Positions 38,631 through 51,960 of a stretch of 64,000 nt of DNA are shown one piece after another. Every line of letters starts with the position of its first letter. Positions within the stretch are counted from its first letter, which is position 1. The stretch is from positions 54,888,099 to 54,952,098 of the forward strand of contig NC_068997.1 in assembly GCF_001194135.2 (NCBI RefSeq). Reading direction: 5' to 3'. The notes below the pieces were generated by a model. The model saw only the letters and a program-made list of their open reading frames with translations. It made no database searches and was not told the origin of the DNA. The position numbers were made by a program, and so were the translations under genes. The DNA comes from Octopus bimaculoides (taxonomy: Eukaryota).

Positions 38631-40033
38631 TATGTGTGTATGCATGTATGCATACACACACATACACACACACACACACACACATATATATGCAGTTTAC
38701 TTTTCTATTCAGGTAAGAGTGACAAAAAAAAAAAAGGTACTCCATCTGATGAGAGATAAATATTGTTTAATATACACAGTATATAATTATGAGCTCCTAC
38801 TCATTTCATGCTTGTAACTATACACTGTGTGTGTGTATGTATTTATATATATATATATAATATGTTTGTATGTATTTTTTATGACTGTGTGTATAAATGA
38901 CTAATTAGGGAATCCTCCAACTGAACATTACAAACCTATTAAAATTATTTGTGTGACAGCGATACAAATTGAAGTGGTTCACTTATTAATTAATATAAGC
39001 TGCAACTTTTGTTTACATGACAAAATGATGTAAACAAACTGTAACATTAATCAAAAAAGAAGTTAACTATTTCTAACATTGATATTATTTGATTTCCTGG
39101 AGGAAGTTTCCAAACTTTATGCAGATTTGTGTGCAATTAAAGAGTAATTTTAGAGTATTTAAAACAAATTTTAATGTCACTAATTACAAACAAGAATCAT
39201 GAATTTTGAAGATAATTATTTGAAAATGAAAATATTATTTTATTGTTACTAAGTTAAATTTTCAGTACATTTCTAATAGCAACAGCAAGCTTCTACATTT
39301 GAATTTCATTATTAACAAGAATTAAAAAAAAAATGCAAACCACCAATTGCAAAGTCAATCTTTGTTAGTCTTAGAAAACATGTTAACTAGATTCCTTCTG
39401 TACTTTGAAACTTGTTGGCAGCATATTCCAGATTGAACTAGTAAATTATTTCTTCAACTTTGACAACACATATATCTCACTTGCAATGAACTGACTTAGC
39501 AAAAGGCTCTTCTATGGGAAATGGATTATAATCTTATTACAGCAAGTGTAGCGAAGCTCTCCCTCTTTCCCCATTGACTCTCTTTATAGGCTGTGTTATT
39601 GCGTTAGAGTAAGTTACTAACACATTGCATTCCATATTCTGTACAATCTATCACTTTCCTTCTGACAAGCTTTACAGATAGTCAAGTTTCTGTAAAGTCA
39701 GTCACTCTATCTAATAAGTTCTCACTTCTCTGTTGACTCACTTTACACACATTCACATTACAGAAGAGTAAGTCAAGTGCAGGCTGCTGTTTACACACAA
39801 TTTACAGAAAATTACAGAAAACCGACATTGTCAGTCGATTACAAACACAGACTGTATTGTCATTTGTGTTAAGTGAAGAGAATTAATTAGTTATTCTTTC
39901 ATAGGTGTTGTTACCAGTTTTGCAAGGATTATTAAACAATAAATGCCCTACTTCTATTTTTATTTTTGAATGAAGTTTACTTGTTAATTTTCACCAATAC
40001 TGCTTTCTTGTGACCTAATCCAAAAAGAACTAG

Positions 40034-40360
40034 CATGCTGTCAGTTATGACAATAAGTATTCCAGTTGATCCGATCGATGGAACAACAACCTGCTCATGA
40101 AATTAACACGCAAGTGGCTGAGCACTCCACAGACACTTGTATTCTTAACGTAGGTCACAGGGGGATTCAGTGTAATTCAGAATGTGACAAGGCTGACCCT
40201 CTGAAATAAAGGTCCAACTTATTTTTACTGGCTGAGTGGACTGGAACAGTGTGAAATAGAGTGTCTTGTTCAAGGACACAATGCACCACCAGGAATTGAA
40301 CACATGATCTGACAATCGTGAGCTGAATACCCTAACCACTAAGCCATGGGCCTTCCCATC
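40034..40360 (-). mobile_element. Full-length tRNA-derived SINE, family B
   Basis: Reverse complement: gatgggaaggcccatggcttagtggttagggtattcagc (A box TGGCTTAGTGG), gtgttcaattcc (B box), then cattgtgtccttgaacaagacac. Confidence 0.85.
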
Positions 40361-42013
40361 ATGTGACCTAAGTATCAGAGACACCTTTGGATGTCAGTGA
40401 CAGCTTTGTATACTATTTGTCATGCATCTTTGTTTTGTGATACCAAAACACTGTACTATCTTATTCTAACATTAGAATAAAAATGCTATTTTATTGAGAC
40501 TCCCTTCTTTTTAAACGTAGTGTTGATTTTATTACTGTCATTCTGCAATCACACCATATTACGAAAGAGTGGCGACAAATTATGACAAACATCTTTGTCA
40601 TGAAGAATACATTTATTAGCCCAGCCATTGCTCCACTTATTTTAACCCCTTCCACAACAAAATGTGGGAGCAGTTAATACATTTACTCTCTTCACTATCA
40701 CCCTATTGCAATTAGAAATTTGTTCCTGTCATCTTCTCCCCCTCCTCCTCCTCAACATCATCACCTACTACTCTTGTATTCTCTCCCAGTTACAGGGACC
40801 AATTTCTAGACCCTTGCAGACTACAAGGCAATTTTCACTAATGATGTTGCCACTGATAAAGCATCTAATACCCTGTGTAAAGTGGTCGGCCAAGGCAGGG
40901 CATTGAGCAGTAATGACCATGTCAAAGTAGACATTGCTGCATGATGCTGTCCCCTGGTTCATCGTTATTAAGCTGATGTCTGCAATATTAATTTACATGA
41001 AATTTTAGTAGAAAGTTTTAATTTAGATCACTTAAAGAGAAAAAACGATGTAGCAGCTTATAACGAAAATAAATGGTTGCAGTAATTAGTATGAGAGAGA
41101 GAGAGAGAGAGAGAGAAGATTGGTGACTCTAATATGTATTAACACATCAAAAATAAAACAGTTTTTATTCCAAACTATTGATAAAATAGTGAAACCTTAT
41201 GCAGATCATGCAAGCACAAAAGAAAACCTATGACCAATTAGAGTCCACTTTTGTTTATTGGCTATAATGTCTCTAATAGAAACTTGTTAATCAAAGGCAA
41301 CGTAATATGTTCAGTGTTACACTTGCAAGCTATAACCGTTATATATTATTCCAAAATGTTTCCGTCAGGAAATTATCCCAGTAGCTGTTCGGGTGACAAA
41401 TACATGTTGTGAATTTCAGAGAAATGATTTAGTTCTTACATGGAGAATCTCCTGTGGGTATTGAGTTGTAATGAGAATTGAGTTCTACTAGCTTTCACTT
41501 TACAAAGGTGAGATTACAGATTAACATATTTCACCCAATAATCTTTAATAAATAATTAATTGAAATGCACGATGCAGTTAACTCCCTTGTCCTGCAGTAA
41601 CTCTCCACTTGAAGTATTAAATAACTCTCATTACATCAATATCATGATGACATTAACCATTTCTGCAGCACGAAGTTAGAGGTAATGCATAATCATTAAT
41701 TTATGCAGCTGCCTTATCTCAGAGAATTCTACTTTACATATTTAACTGAAAGTTCTGTGATACATGAACCATCATGAAAGACTGCTATATGACAGAGAAT
41801 ATGGGTTTGTGAAAAAGAACGGCATGCTCAGGAGAAAAGATTATATATGCAAAGAAAGGTGGTGGGGTGATGGTGGCAGTGGTTCTTATTATTTAGCCCT
41901 AGGTTGTCTCTGATCCAGGATACCTATCATCAAATGCATTCCAGCTATAGCAAGTTTATTGTTTCATTTTTTGTTCATTTGTATGTATGCATGTGTATGT
42001 GTGTGGGGTGGGG

Positions 42014-42097
42014 GGTACATTTAAAAATCGTTATGCCAATCACATAACCTCCTTCCGACATAGGGACAAAAGTAAAGCTACTAAGTTGGCTAGCTAC
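42014..42097 (+). mobile_element. Penelope-like GIY-YIG endonuclease fragment
   Basis: GTFKNRYANHITSFRHRDKSKATKLASY matches the conserved PLE endonuclease segment TFKxRYxNHxxSFRxxxxxxxTxLSxY. It is bounded by a GT/G tract and a CA tract. Confidence 0.7.
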
Positions 42098-45089
42098 ACA
42101 CACACACACACTCACTTTTTGAGTTCTATTTTCCCTGTTTGCATCTCCAAATCTGTAAAACTATACCAAATATGTCAAGTCAGCGGATTAGTTTATGCCT
42201 ACAGAGAAAATAGAAATGATGTGGAATTGTGCGATGAACACTGATTATTCCTTTGTTCAGTCCCCTAAATTTCCTACTTGTTAAACCAATGCCTAAGTGG
42301 CTGAGTATTCCATAGGTATGTGTACCTTTAGTGTTATTCTCAGGCTGAATCAGGAAATGAAAACATTACAGATATTAGAGAGAGAGAATTTACTGGACTT
42401 CTGGATTGGTATTTTATCAACCCTAAAGGATCAAAAGGTAATTTTGACCTGACAAGATTTGTATTCAGAGACCAGAGAACCTAAATACTAATACTACAAG
42501 ACTTTCTATCTGGGACTCTAACAATTCCACCAATTTGCTGCTCCCGTTAACAGAAAGAAGTTATTTGTGGAATAGTACTGGCAGGTGATATATTTTGAAG
42601 CTGATGCTGTTGTTATTATCTTTTTTTTATTATTAGTATTACTGTCCTTCTTCTTATTATTATTATCATATAATATCTGTATAGAAAATATAATATGGTT
42701 GTTTAATTATATCATCAATAACTAATAATTGCTAATTATGTTCGCATTTTGAATCCAATAAAACTGTTGTACACAAGTCACAATCATAAAGCTGGTTGCA
42801 GTTAACTCTAAAAGAATTATTTAATCAATGGGAAAATCATATTTGTCTTTTATACATTCTCATATCAATCAGTTCTTCAGAAGACAATACATCTGAGAAG
42901 AAATCTTGTCTTCACCAAATATTTCAAAAGCAGCTCTCTCAAAGAAAACACATTGGTAATAATTGATAGAAGAAGCTAGTAGAAACTAGCAGAACTGTGC
43001 ATTTTAATTATGAGATTTATTTTCTCTTTGTAGCTGGCCAATTTTTAATTATCCATGTTAGTAAATTTGCACTATTGTTAGGAAATCTGATTCAAATGTA
43101 TAAAATTCTTCATGAAAAAGAAAAAGGACATATCACAGAAGATTAAAATTTTTTTTTCTTTAAATAAAATGGTAGAAAGAAAAAGTGTAAACATATCATG
43201 TAATCTGTCTTTTAGCAAAAATTGACATTTTTTTGTAAATGTTGGGGTATTTGGAGCAGACGGTGTTGAATTCTTTAGATCTTAACAAGGCTTAATTGAC
43301 TTCAGTGATATTTTAAGATAACTGTTGTGGTTTGATGGCTCCATATTGCCTTACGTAAAACATCAGTATTTCACAATTATGGTGATATTTGCAGTTATAG
43401 ACCAACTTTGATGGATCACTGGTACTTTCATTGATAAGTATTCAGTTGTTTGATCAGCTGAACCAGTTGCTCATTCAATTATCAAGTGGTTGAGTATTCC
43501 ACAGATGCATATACCATTAACATGATTCTCAGATGGAATCAGTGTGATGTGGAGGAATTGAATTACTGGTATAATGCATCTGACAAATTTCCACACAGCA
43601 TCTTTCACTCACAAGGTTTGGGTCAGCCCTTGGTTATGGTAAAAAAAAAAAATACTTTCCCAAGATACCTCATAGGGAGGGAGCGGGTTAGTGGTGCTGG
43701 GTAACATCTGAAACTTTCTGTTTGTGAAGGAAATATCTTAATCATTTGGTCATAGCTCCAATTAAGTATATTAATGATTACTAACATGTGGGCAATGAGC
43801 GCACAGTCACAAATTTGGTGCAGCCAACCTCTTATCCCTAAAAAAAATAAAGACAAAGTTAACTGAAGTGAAATTGGAACACGTAATGCAAAAGGTTGTA
43901 ACTAAATACCACAAAGCACTTTGTCTTTTGTTCTATGATTTCATCGGTATACACTTAATTCTTGAATAGTTACCTAATACAAGTACATCTCTAGGTACTG
44001 AGTTCAAATTCCACCCAGCTTAATATTGCCATTCATCCCTTTTAGAGTTGATACAAATGTACCAAATGCAGCACAAAAGTAAGGATGTCTGGTAGGATGC
44101 CTGATGGTATTTGTCCACTTTTTCCATCCTGAGTTATATTATTCAGGTGTACTTTAGTAATAGATTTAGTCTGTTGCCTGGATTAACAACCTTGACCTGG
44201 CACCTTGGATGGCTTTAACTGCGTCCAGAAAGTTTATTGTAAGAACTATTGCTGTATAGGAAAATTTGCCATAATATAAAGTATATCATTAGTATTTTTC
44301 GAAATATAGAAGAAGAAGAAGAAGAAGAAAGCAAGCCTTTATTCAACGTCAAACGTTGAAAAACTTGGTGTCATTTAGAATGAAATTTATTGTGAATTTT
44401 CCTACAACAAAAATGTTTATGGTACAGAATCCACTCAGCTTTGCAAGCTGTCAGGCCAAGTCTCCTGCTTGAGGACACCCTCCCTCTTTCCCTCCAGTCT
44501 TAGAGACCCTGTAATAGAGTCATGGCTACTGTTGTTCCTCCAGACCAAGCATTATTTTTTAAAAATCTTGCAAGACTCTTTTTGGAATTTAAAGATTCGA
44601 ATGAATAACATTCTTCGCATAGAGAATTAGAATTCTATTTAATTTTAGAAAAATTAATAAAGGTTTATTAAATTGATATGAAATAAAATTAGCAAAAGAA
44701 GATAAATTTAGAGGCTGCAAAAAGAGGGTTTATATTATAAATAATTTTTTGGCCAATGGAGATATGAGTTCTTTGGATTTTTGTATTTTTCTTTAACTTC
44801 CTTTCTTAATTTCTTTTTTTTTTTACCTTTTCTTTTACTGTTTGCCCTGAATACTGAGGCAACAAACATGAAAATACAACGGAAATTGCAATATTTCATA
44901 TAATGAAAGCAAGCATAGTAAAGACTTTTAATAAAGCTGATGAAATTCTTTAAATTATAGTTGTATAAAACTAAATATTATAACATTGTCCCTCAATAAA
45001 CAGAAACGAATCAACCTTTTCCAATGGAATTTTAATTTCTAATTTCCTCTTTGCCATTTATTTCCAGAAGGAGCAATCCACAATGTGAA

Positions 45090-45320
45090 AAAGGATATTG
45101 AATATTCAATCTGGCCAACCAGCTTTCACCATCGGTCCTTATCTATAGCAATGGCATCAGAGTCATTAAATCTAACATTACATCTCAAGAGAGGAGTCTC
45201 ATTAACTTGAGAAAGTCTTTTTTAAAAAAAAAGCCTTCTCTTCCAACACAATAACATCTTTTAACATATTTTTGTGATTCAGACGAGTGGTTAATGGCAA
45301 TATTTGATTTTAAAAAATGA
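45090..45320 (-). mobile_element. Decayed RTE-type ORF2 C-terminal fragment
   Basis: The minus frame gives AIAIDKDRW*KLVGQ, resembling the terminal AxDRxxWRxLV motif. Confidence 0.35.
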
Positions 45321-45669
45321 AACATTTTGAACCTAGCCTACTCTCAGCTGACACAGTCTGTGTTGCCACAATTAGTCATGTGCATTCTTTCTATCCACCT
45401 TCTTTCTTTCTTTATTTATTTAGTGTGGGGACAATGAACTTTGATGATCCTAAAAGAGAATGGAGCTGAGCAAAGCATTTCCCCACAAGCATTAGAAAGT
45501 AATATTTCAATTTTGTCATTAATTGAACAATTCCATATAAAGTAGTTTGGTTGGTGGTGTTCATGGAAATTAGTATCACATATGTGTCACACCGATTCTG
45601 CCTGAAAATTACACCAAGGCTACAAATGTCTATGGATACCCAGTACCGAAACTGACAGAGATCCTGTAT

Positions 45670-45670
45670 G

Positions 45671-45714
<44 letters not shown>

Positions 45715-46293
45715 ATGTATACATATATATATATATATATATATATATNNNNNNNNNNNNNNNNNNNNNNNNNNNNNNNNNNNNNNNNNNNNNNNNNNNN
45801 NNNNNNNNNNNNNNNNNNNNNNNNNNNNNNNNNNNNNNNNNNNNNNNNNNNNNNNNNNNNNNNNNNNNNNNNNNNNNNNNNNNNNNNNNNNNNNNNNNNN
45901 NNNNNNNNNNNNNNNNNNNNNNNNNNNNNNNNNNNNNNNNNNNNNNNNNNNNNNNNNNNNNNNNNNNNNNNNNNNNNNNNNNNNNNNNNNNNNNNNNNNN
46001 NNNNNNNNNNNNNNNNNNNNNNNNNNNNNNNNNNNNNNNNNNNNNNNNNNNNNNNNNNNNNNNNNNNNNNNNNNNNNNNNNNNNNNNNNNNNNNNNNNNN
46101 NNNNNNNNNNNNNNNNNNNNNNNNNNNNNNNNNNNNNNNNNNNNNNNNNNNNNNNNNNNNNNNNNNNNNNNNNNNNNNNNNNNNNNNNNNNNNNNNNNNN
46201 NNNNNNNNNNNNNNNNNNNNNNNNNNNNNNNNNNNNNNNNNNNNNNNNNNNNNNNNNNNNNNNNNNNNNNNNNNNNNNNNNNNNNNNNNNNNN
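45670..46293. repeat. (TA)n microsatellite and assembly gap (N 45749-46293)
   Basis: Seen directly. Confidence 0.95.
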
Positions 46294-46648
46294 NGTGTGG
46301 GTGGCACATAAGATGTACCATCCTGAGCGTGACCGTTGCCAGTACCGCCTGACTGGCCTTGTAGGGTTTTCGAGCGAGATCGTTGCCAGTGCCCCTGGAC
46401 TGGCTCTTGTGCAGGTGGCACATAAAAGACACCATTTCGAGCGTGGCCGTTTTCATGCGAGTGACACGTAAAAGCACCCACTACACTCTCTGAGTGGTTG
46501 GCGTTAGGAAGGGCATCCCGCTGTAGAAACTCTGCCAAATTAGATTGGAGCCTGGTGTAGCCATCCGGTTGCACCAGTCCTCAGTCAAATCGTCCAACCC
46601 ATGCTAGCATGGAAAGCGGACGTTAAACGATGATGATGATGATGATGA
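46294..46648 (+). mobile_element. RTE LINE 3' UTR (young copy, 5' part lost in gap)
   Basis: CpG-rich with an intact (GAT)n tail. It shares the internal junction cgtggccgttttc with the 15346-15573 copy. Confidence 0.9.
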
Positions 46649-49191
46649 CATCAGTCTAACACATAGATTTTCATTTTTTAAATCTTAAATACTAAGACAA
46701 CTGGTTCTACCAAGAATGAATCAATACTAAGTTCTCTGAATATCTGTGGATTCTTAGCAACAAACTCTGGTTTATCCTGACATTCCAAACTAAAGAAATT
46801 AAAATGAAATAGATGGTATTCCTTTTACTCTGTGACTGAATTACTTTATCTTTCCTGCAAGATTGTAGAATTCTGATGAAGCTGCTTTGATTTTAGACTT
46901 AAAAATAATAATAAAAAAGAGATAAGATGTGAGCACTGTTCTTCTACAGTTCCTGTTCTAGAAACGGATTCAAACTTGGATGTCTGATTACTTCTGATGT
47001 CATCTTCAAGCCATACAGGCAATATCTTGATGTTATCATCCATCTTCTTAAATGGGAAAAGTAGTAAAAGAGTAACATGAAGATATTTTTTTTACTGAAG
47101 TATAGATGAATATATTTTACCGGGTCATAGTACGCCTTAAAAATAGATCATTTCTTTATGACTGACAGCTATACACACGTGTGTTGGAACCAAATTCTTA
47201 GTAATTACTACAAACATCAGAAGCTAACTTTTCAAGACCCTGGAGTATTTTCCTTACATTGAAATAAAAATATTTGTTACCTATTTTCATTGAGATTTTA
47301 AAAATAAAAGTTAAAAACTAGATGTAAAATCTGGGTTAACATTTGCTCCTTTGAGAAGAATATATTTCTCAAAGATGTGACAAAATTCCCAAACTAAATG
47401 AATAAATCAGATAAACCATTTTTTTTTATTTGAACCGAAAACAAGTTCTTTGAATTCCCTAAGCAAAATGGTTAAATATTTTTAGAGAAGTCAGTTTTGA
47501 TTTGCTAGGTTGCAGTAACTTGCATCTCTTTACATCGATATTTCTATAAAGCTAATATTTATATAAGTAAAAGAAAAGAAAAAGAAAAAGACATAAAAAA
47601 TGGTTTAATGTTCTCTGCTTTCTTCTACATTTCAATCTATGAGATTATACAGCTAGAATGCAGAAAACATTATCCAAGAATAAATGATTTCTTGGATTTT
47701 TTTAAAAATACATATGGAATTTTTTTTATGTAACTTTTGGAATTTTTTTAACTTTTGGAAATATAATTATTATTTTTAAGTGATTTTTTAGAATTATTTT
47801 TTTATGTTTTTCTGTCTCTCTCCAGTAAGCTTACTCTATACTTACATAGAACTTTTGTAACCAGACAATATTATAGAGTAAGATCATCAATAACACACAC
47901 ACACACACATACATATGTTGTATGGAATGTGTTTCTTCTTTTGCTCTCTATGCGTATGTATATGTGTCTATGTATGTTGTGTGCTTAGTGTATGTATATG
48001 TAGGTATGCTAGCGAAATAATATAATATCCAGTACACACTTATACCATAAATATAAAGAGGTTGGTATTATATGCTTCTGTGCAGTAACAAGACACTTTA
48101 AACCAAACTCTATGTTTGTTCAAACGGTTTGACTTGTAGACAGACAGATTAGGATGATCAACATTGGTAAAGATATTTCTGTAATGATACATATAAGCCA
48201 ATATTCATGTAGTAAATGTGTGACTGTGTGTGACTGTGTGTGTGTGTGTGTGTTAAAGGGCCATTACAGCGTGGCACTGGTGCCACTGCTCTACACACAC
48301 ACAATACAAGAATAGCAGTGGAACTATAAAATTTGCTTTGCAGTCATGTTCCTTAGTATTGGGTCGCACAACATTGTGTCTTGAAGCATTGTCTTCTGCT
48401 ATAGCCCCAAGTTAACCAGTACCATGAGAGTAGAATTCTTGGATGGAAACTATGCAAACGACTGTCATATATGTAGTTTACTTTTAACTATCATCACCAT
48501 CATCATCATCATTATTTTAATGAGATTCTCCATGGTCAATTGTCAATTCTCACTTTTCAAACAAGGTTATGTTTTACCAAGGCTGGACATCTTCTATTCA
48601 TTGAAGATCAGGTACCACACTTGTATGATGATGATGATGATTGTTTGCAAATAACATGCATGTGAAGGAGACATGCACACACATCTATGGCAAGCCTTTT
48701 TTAGTTTCCCTTTACCAAATCCACTCACAATAAGGGTAGTGCTTCAGTGTATGAGTTAATTTGTTCCTGGAGACCATTTGTAAAGTGAAAACTCAGGAAG
48801 CAGAGCAATAATTTCCCATAGTATCAATGTTATAAATCGTAATTTTACCTATAAAATTTATAATCCTCGTAAATGAATGGCAATAAAACAACAGTAGATT
48901 GTAAAGAATATTTTATGTAAAATAAAAAGAATGTGAAGATCATTTATGATAAAAAATACTTTCATTATAATTATTTTCTGAATCACTTTCACCTTCACTA
49001 GACTCGTGCACACCATCACTTGCAGATGTGATTGCCAAGCCCTCCCTAACACCAACCACTCAGCAGAGTGGACTTGGTGCTTTTTATGTGGCACAAGCAC
49101 AGGTGAGGTCAGTTTTGGCAAGGTTTTTACAGCTGGATGCCCTTCCGAACACAAGCCACTTTACAATATAGATATATGCATATATGCACGC

Positions 49192-49229
<38 letters not shown>

Positions 49230-49269
49230 GCATATATATATATATATATATATGCATATGTATATATAC

Positions 49270-49410
49270 AATGGGTTTCTTTTAGTTTCCATTTACCAGA
49301 TCCATTGAGAAGGCTTTGGTTGGTCCAAGGCTACTGTAGATGACACTTGCTCAAGGAGCTATACAGTGGGACTGAACTTTGAGCCATGTAGTTGGGAAGA
49401 AAGTGTCTTA

Positions 49411-49412
<2 letters not shown>
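49270..49412 (-). mobile_element. SINE family A head
   Basis: Reverse complement of gacacttgctcaagg...cagtgggactgaac...ccatgtagttgggaag. Confidence 0.7.
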
Positions 49413-49464
<52 letters not shown>

Positions 49465-49974
49465 GTACATGCTATGGATTCTACCTATTCACCACCTAAA
49501 GTTATTATCACAATATAAATAAGCAACATAAAACCATTATTTGAAATATTTTCTATTTCCTGGTTGCATTCCATGCCTCAGAAAAAGCTAAATCTACACC
49601 AGGTGGAATTGGAATCTTTATCCCAAAACCATTGCTTTCTTTTTTCCAATTTATTTTATTTTATTACATTTTTTCCTGTTTTTGTTTATTATTGATATTA
49701 CCTTAGAAACAGTAAATTATGACTGTATATCTAACTCCAACAAAGGTAATCACAGTGTTGCCATTACTGTCAACATTTATGATGTAATTGATGTGATTAT
49801 TAATTATACACATCTCTCTCTCTTCACCCTCCTGTGAATCTTAATATGTCTAACAATGGCTGCTTAGAAACAGGCAGTCTATTGCATTATATATCACATT
49901 GTCATCAGCCATAGAAAACAATTCTGTTACTATACTGTATAAAAGTATTTGCTAAAATTTGTAAGGTCATAGCG

Positions 49975-50200
49975 CCAATGTTATGGACATGTGATTAGAA
50001 TGCGGCAAGAAAGATGTATTCATCAAGTCAAGCCAGCTGGCAAGAAGTGTAGCGGTCAATCAAGAATGAGACAGTTGGGAATCTGGATGGACAGTCTAAT
50101 GATGGTCACTTCTGAAAAGACTGCATGCTGGAGGTGCCTGAGAAATCTACCCCAGTGGACTTCCCAGAAATAACAGGCAGAAAAAATAGACGGATGACAC
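49975..50200 (+). mobile_element. Old RTE-type ORF2 C-terminal fragment
   Basis: YGHVIRMRQERCIHQV...GKKCSGQSRMR...ACWRCLR matches the RTE terminal WxGHVxRM...GKRxRGRPRxRW region. Confidence 0.55.
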
Positions 50201-50689
50201 ATAAACCTTTTGATTTACCTTGATTTGAATGGATTAAGCTCTGAAATAATAACGTTCTTCTGCACAAAATTTTCCTATGATAACTTCTCGAGTTTTTCAC
50301 ATTATTAATTATAATGTCCCCACATCATTAATTGTAATATATTTGTTGTAAAGATTCCTCTTTTCCTAAAATTTCCCTTTCAGCCACCACTAATGTTTGA
50401 AATGACCCAAATCCAAAGATAAAATCCTGAACTCCACTGCAATCATTTGATTCAGTGTTCTTCCACTTTTGGTATTAGTGCAACATAAAAAAGAAGACAT
50501 TAACCAATATTTTAACCACTTTACCATTTATACTTTCACACTTCCTATTCTGTCCTGCATTCTCACATTCTACCTGGACCGCACATCTCTATTTTTCTGT
50601 CTGACTTGGGCAAACTATGCATTCTCCTCTTCAGCTAGACACCTACTCCTCTCCAGTCTATACCCCACTCTGTTGAAGGGCTCTTACCT

Positions 50690-50880
50690 TGTAGGTAGTT
50701 GGTGCATAAAAAGCACTCTGTACATTCTTTGAAATGGTTGGTGTGAGGAAGGGCATTGAGCTGCGGAAACCATGTCAAAGCAAACACAGAACCTAGTGGA
50801 GCCCTCTGGCTCATCTGTTCTTATCAAACTGTCCAACCCATGCCAGCATGGAAAAAAGATGTTGAATGATGTCGATGAGG
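50690..50880 (+). mobile_element. Diverged RTE-type 3' tail
   Basis: ggttggtgtgaggaagggcattgagctgcggaaacc...tgtccaacccatgccagcatggaaaa...gttgaatgatg. A similar fragment lies at about 40860-40930. Confidence 0.65.
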
Positions 50881-51073
50881 AAAACTTCAAATTCACCCAA
50901 TTTTCACAACCTTTATGAAACGTTCTCCCTCTATAGATATAACAATGACGATAATTACAACTCATGTCTCTAATAACTTCCATTGTCATTTCACTTGACT
51001 GCATTCATCACAATCATAATTTACACACATTGTTCTCCTATCCTTTTTTTTTTTTTTTGTAATTTTTATTTTC

Positions 51074-51960
51074 AGTACGCTTCGATGGATGTGTAATGTC
51101 AGTGTGCATACTCAACAGAGTGTATAAATACCTTGAGAGGAAACTTGGACCTAAGAAGCATCAGTTGTGGTGTGCAAGAGAGACGATTGCACTGGTATGG
51201 TCATGTGACAAGAATGGATGAGGATAGCTGTGTGAAAAAGTGCCACACCCTAGCAGTTGAGGGAACATGTGGAAGAGGAAGACCTGGGATGAGGTGGTGA
51301 AGCACGACTTTCGAACATTAGGCCTCTCGGAGGCAATATCTAATGACCGAGACCTTTGGAAATATGCTGTGTGAGAGAAGACCAGGCAAGCCAAGTGAGA
51401 CCATAATCCGTGGCCTCTGCCAGGGGTGTAGCCAGCCCACTTATTCATACCTTTACTTCATTGGACACTAAACTCTGCTTGTGAAGACCTGTTGGGGCAA
51501 GTGAAATTGAAATCGTAATGGAACCAAATTCGGTGACTGGCACCCATGCCAGTGGAGTGCTAACAGCACCGTCCAATCGTGATCATTGCCAGAAGCGGCT
51601 GTCTGGCTTCCAGAAATAGCACCATTTGAGCGTGATCGTTACCAGCGTCGCCTTGCTGGCACTTGTGCCGGTGGCACATGATAATACATTCAGGCGAGGT
51701 CATTGCCAGTGCCACTGGACTGGCTCCTGTGCAGGTGACACATAAAAAACACCATTTGAGCGTGGCCAGTGCCAGTACTGCCTGACTGGCACCCACTACA
51801 CTCTCGGAGTGGTTGGCGTTAGGAAGAGCATCCAGCTGTAGAAACTCTGCCAGATCGGATTGGAGCCTGGTGCAGCCATCTGGTCCGCCAGTCCTCAGTC
51901 AAATTGTCCAACCCATGCTAGCATGGAAAGCGGACGTTAAACAATGATGATGATGATGAT
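51074..51960 (+). mobile_element. 5'-truncated RTE-clade LINE (ORF2 C-terminus, 3' UTR, (GAT)n tail)
   Basis: With frameshifts it reads LRWMCNVSVHTQQSV...LRSISCGVQERRLHWYGHVTRMDEDSCVKKCHTLAVEGTCGRGRP..WDEVVKHDFRTLGLSEAISNDRDLWKYAV*EKTRQAK*, the typical RTE/BovB-like C-terminus. Confidence 0.92.

Noticed and set aside
51045-51075. Strong plus-strand acceptor-like junction (poly-T...ttttcag) at the RTE 5' truncation point
   Set aside because: It is antisense to the host gene with no matching plus-strand gene evidence; probably a coincidental T-rich target site.
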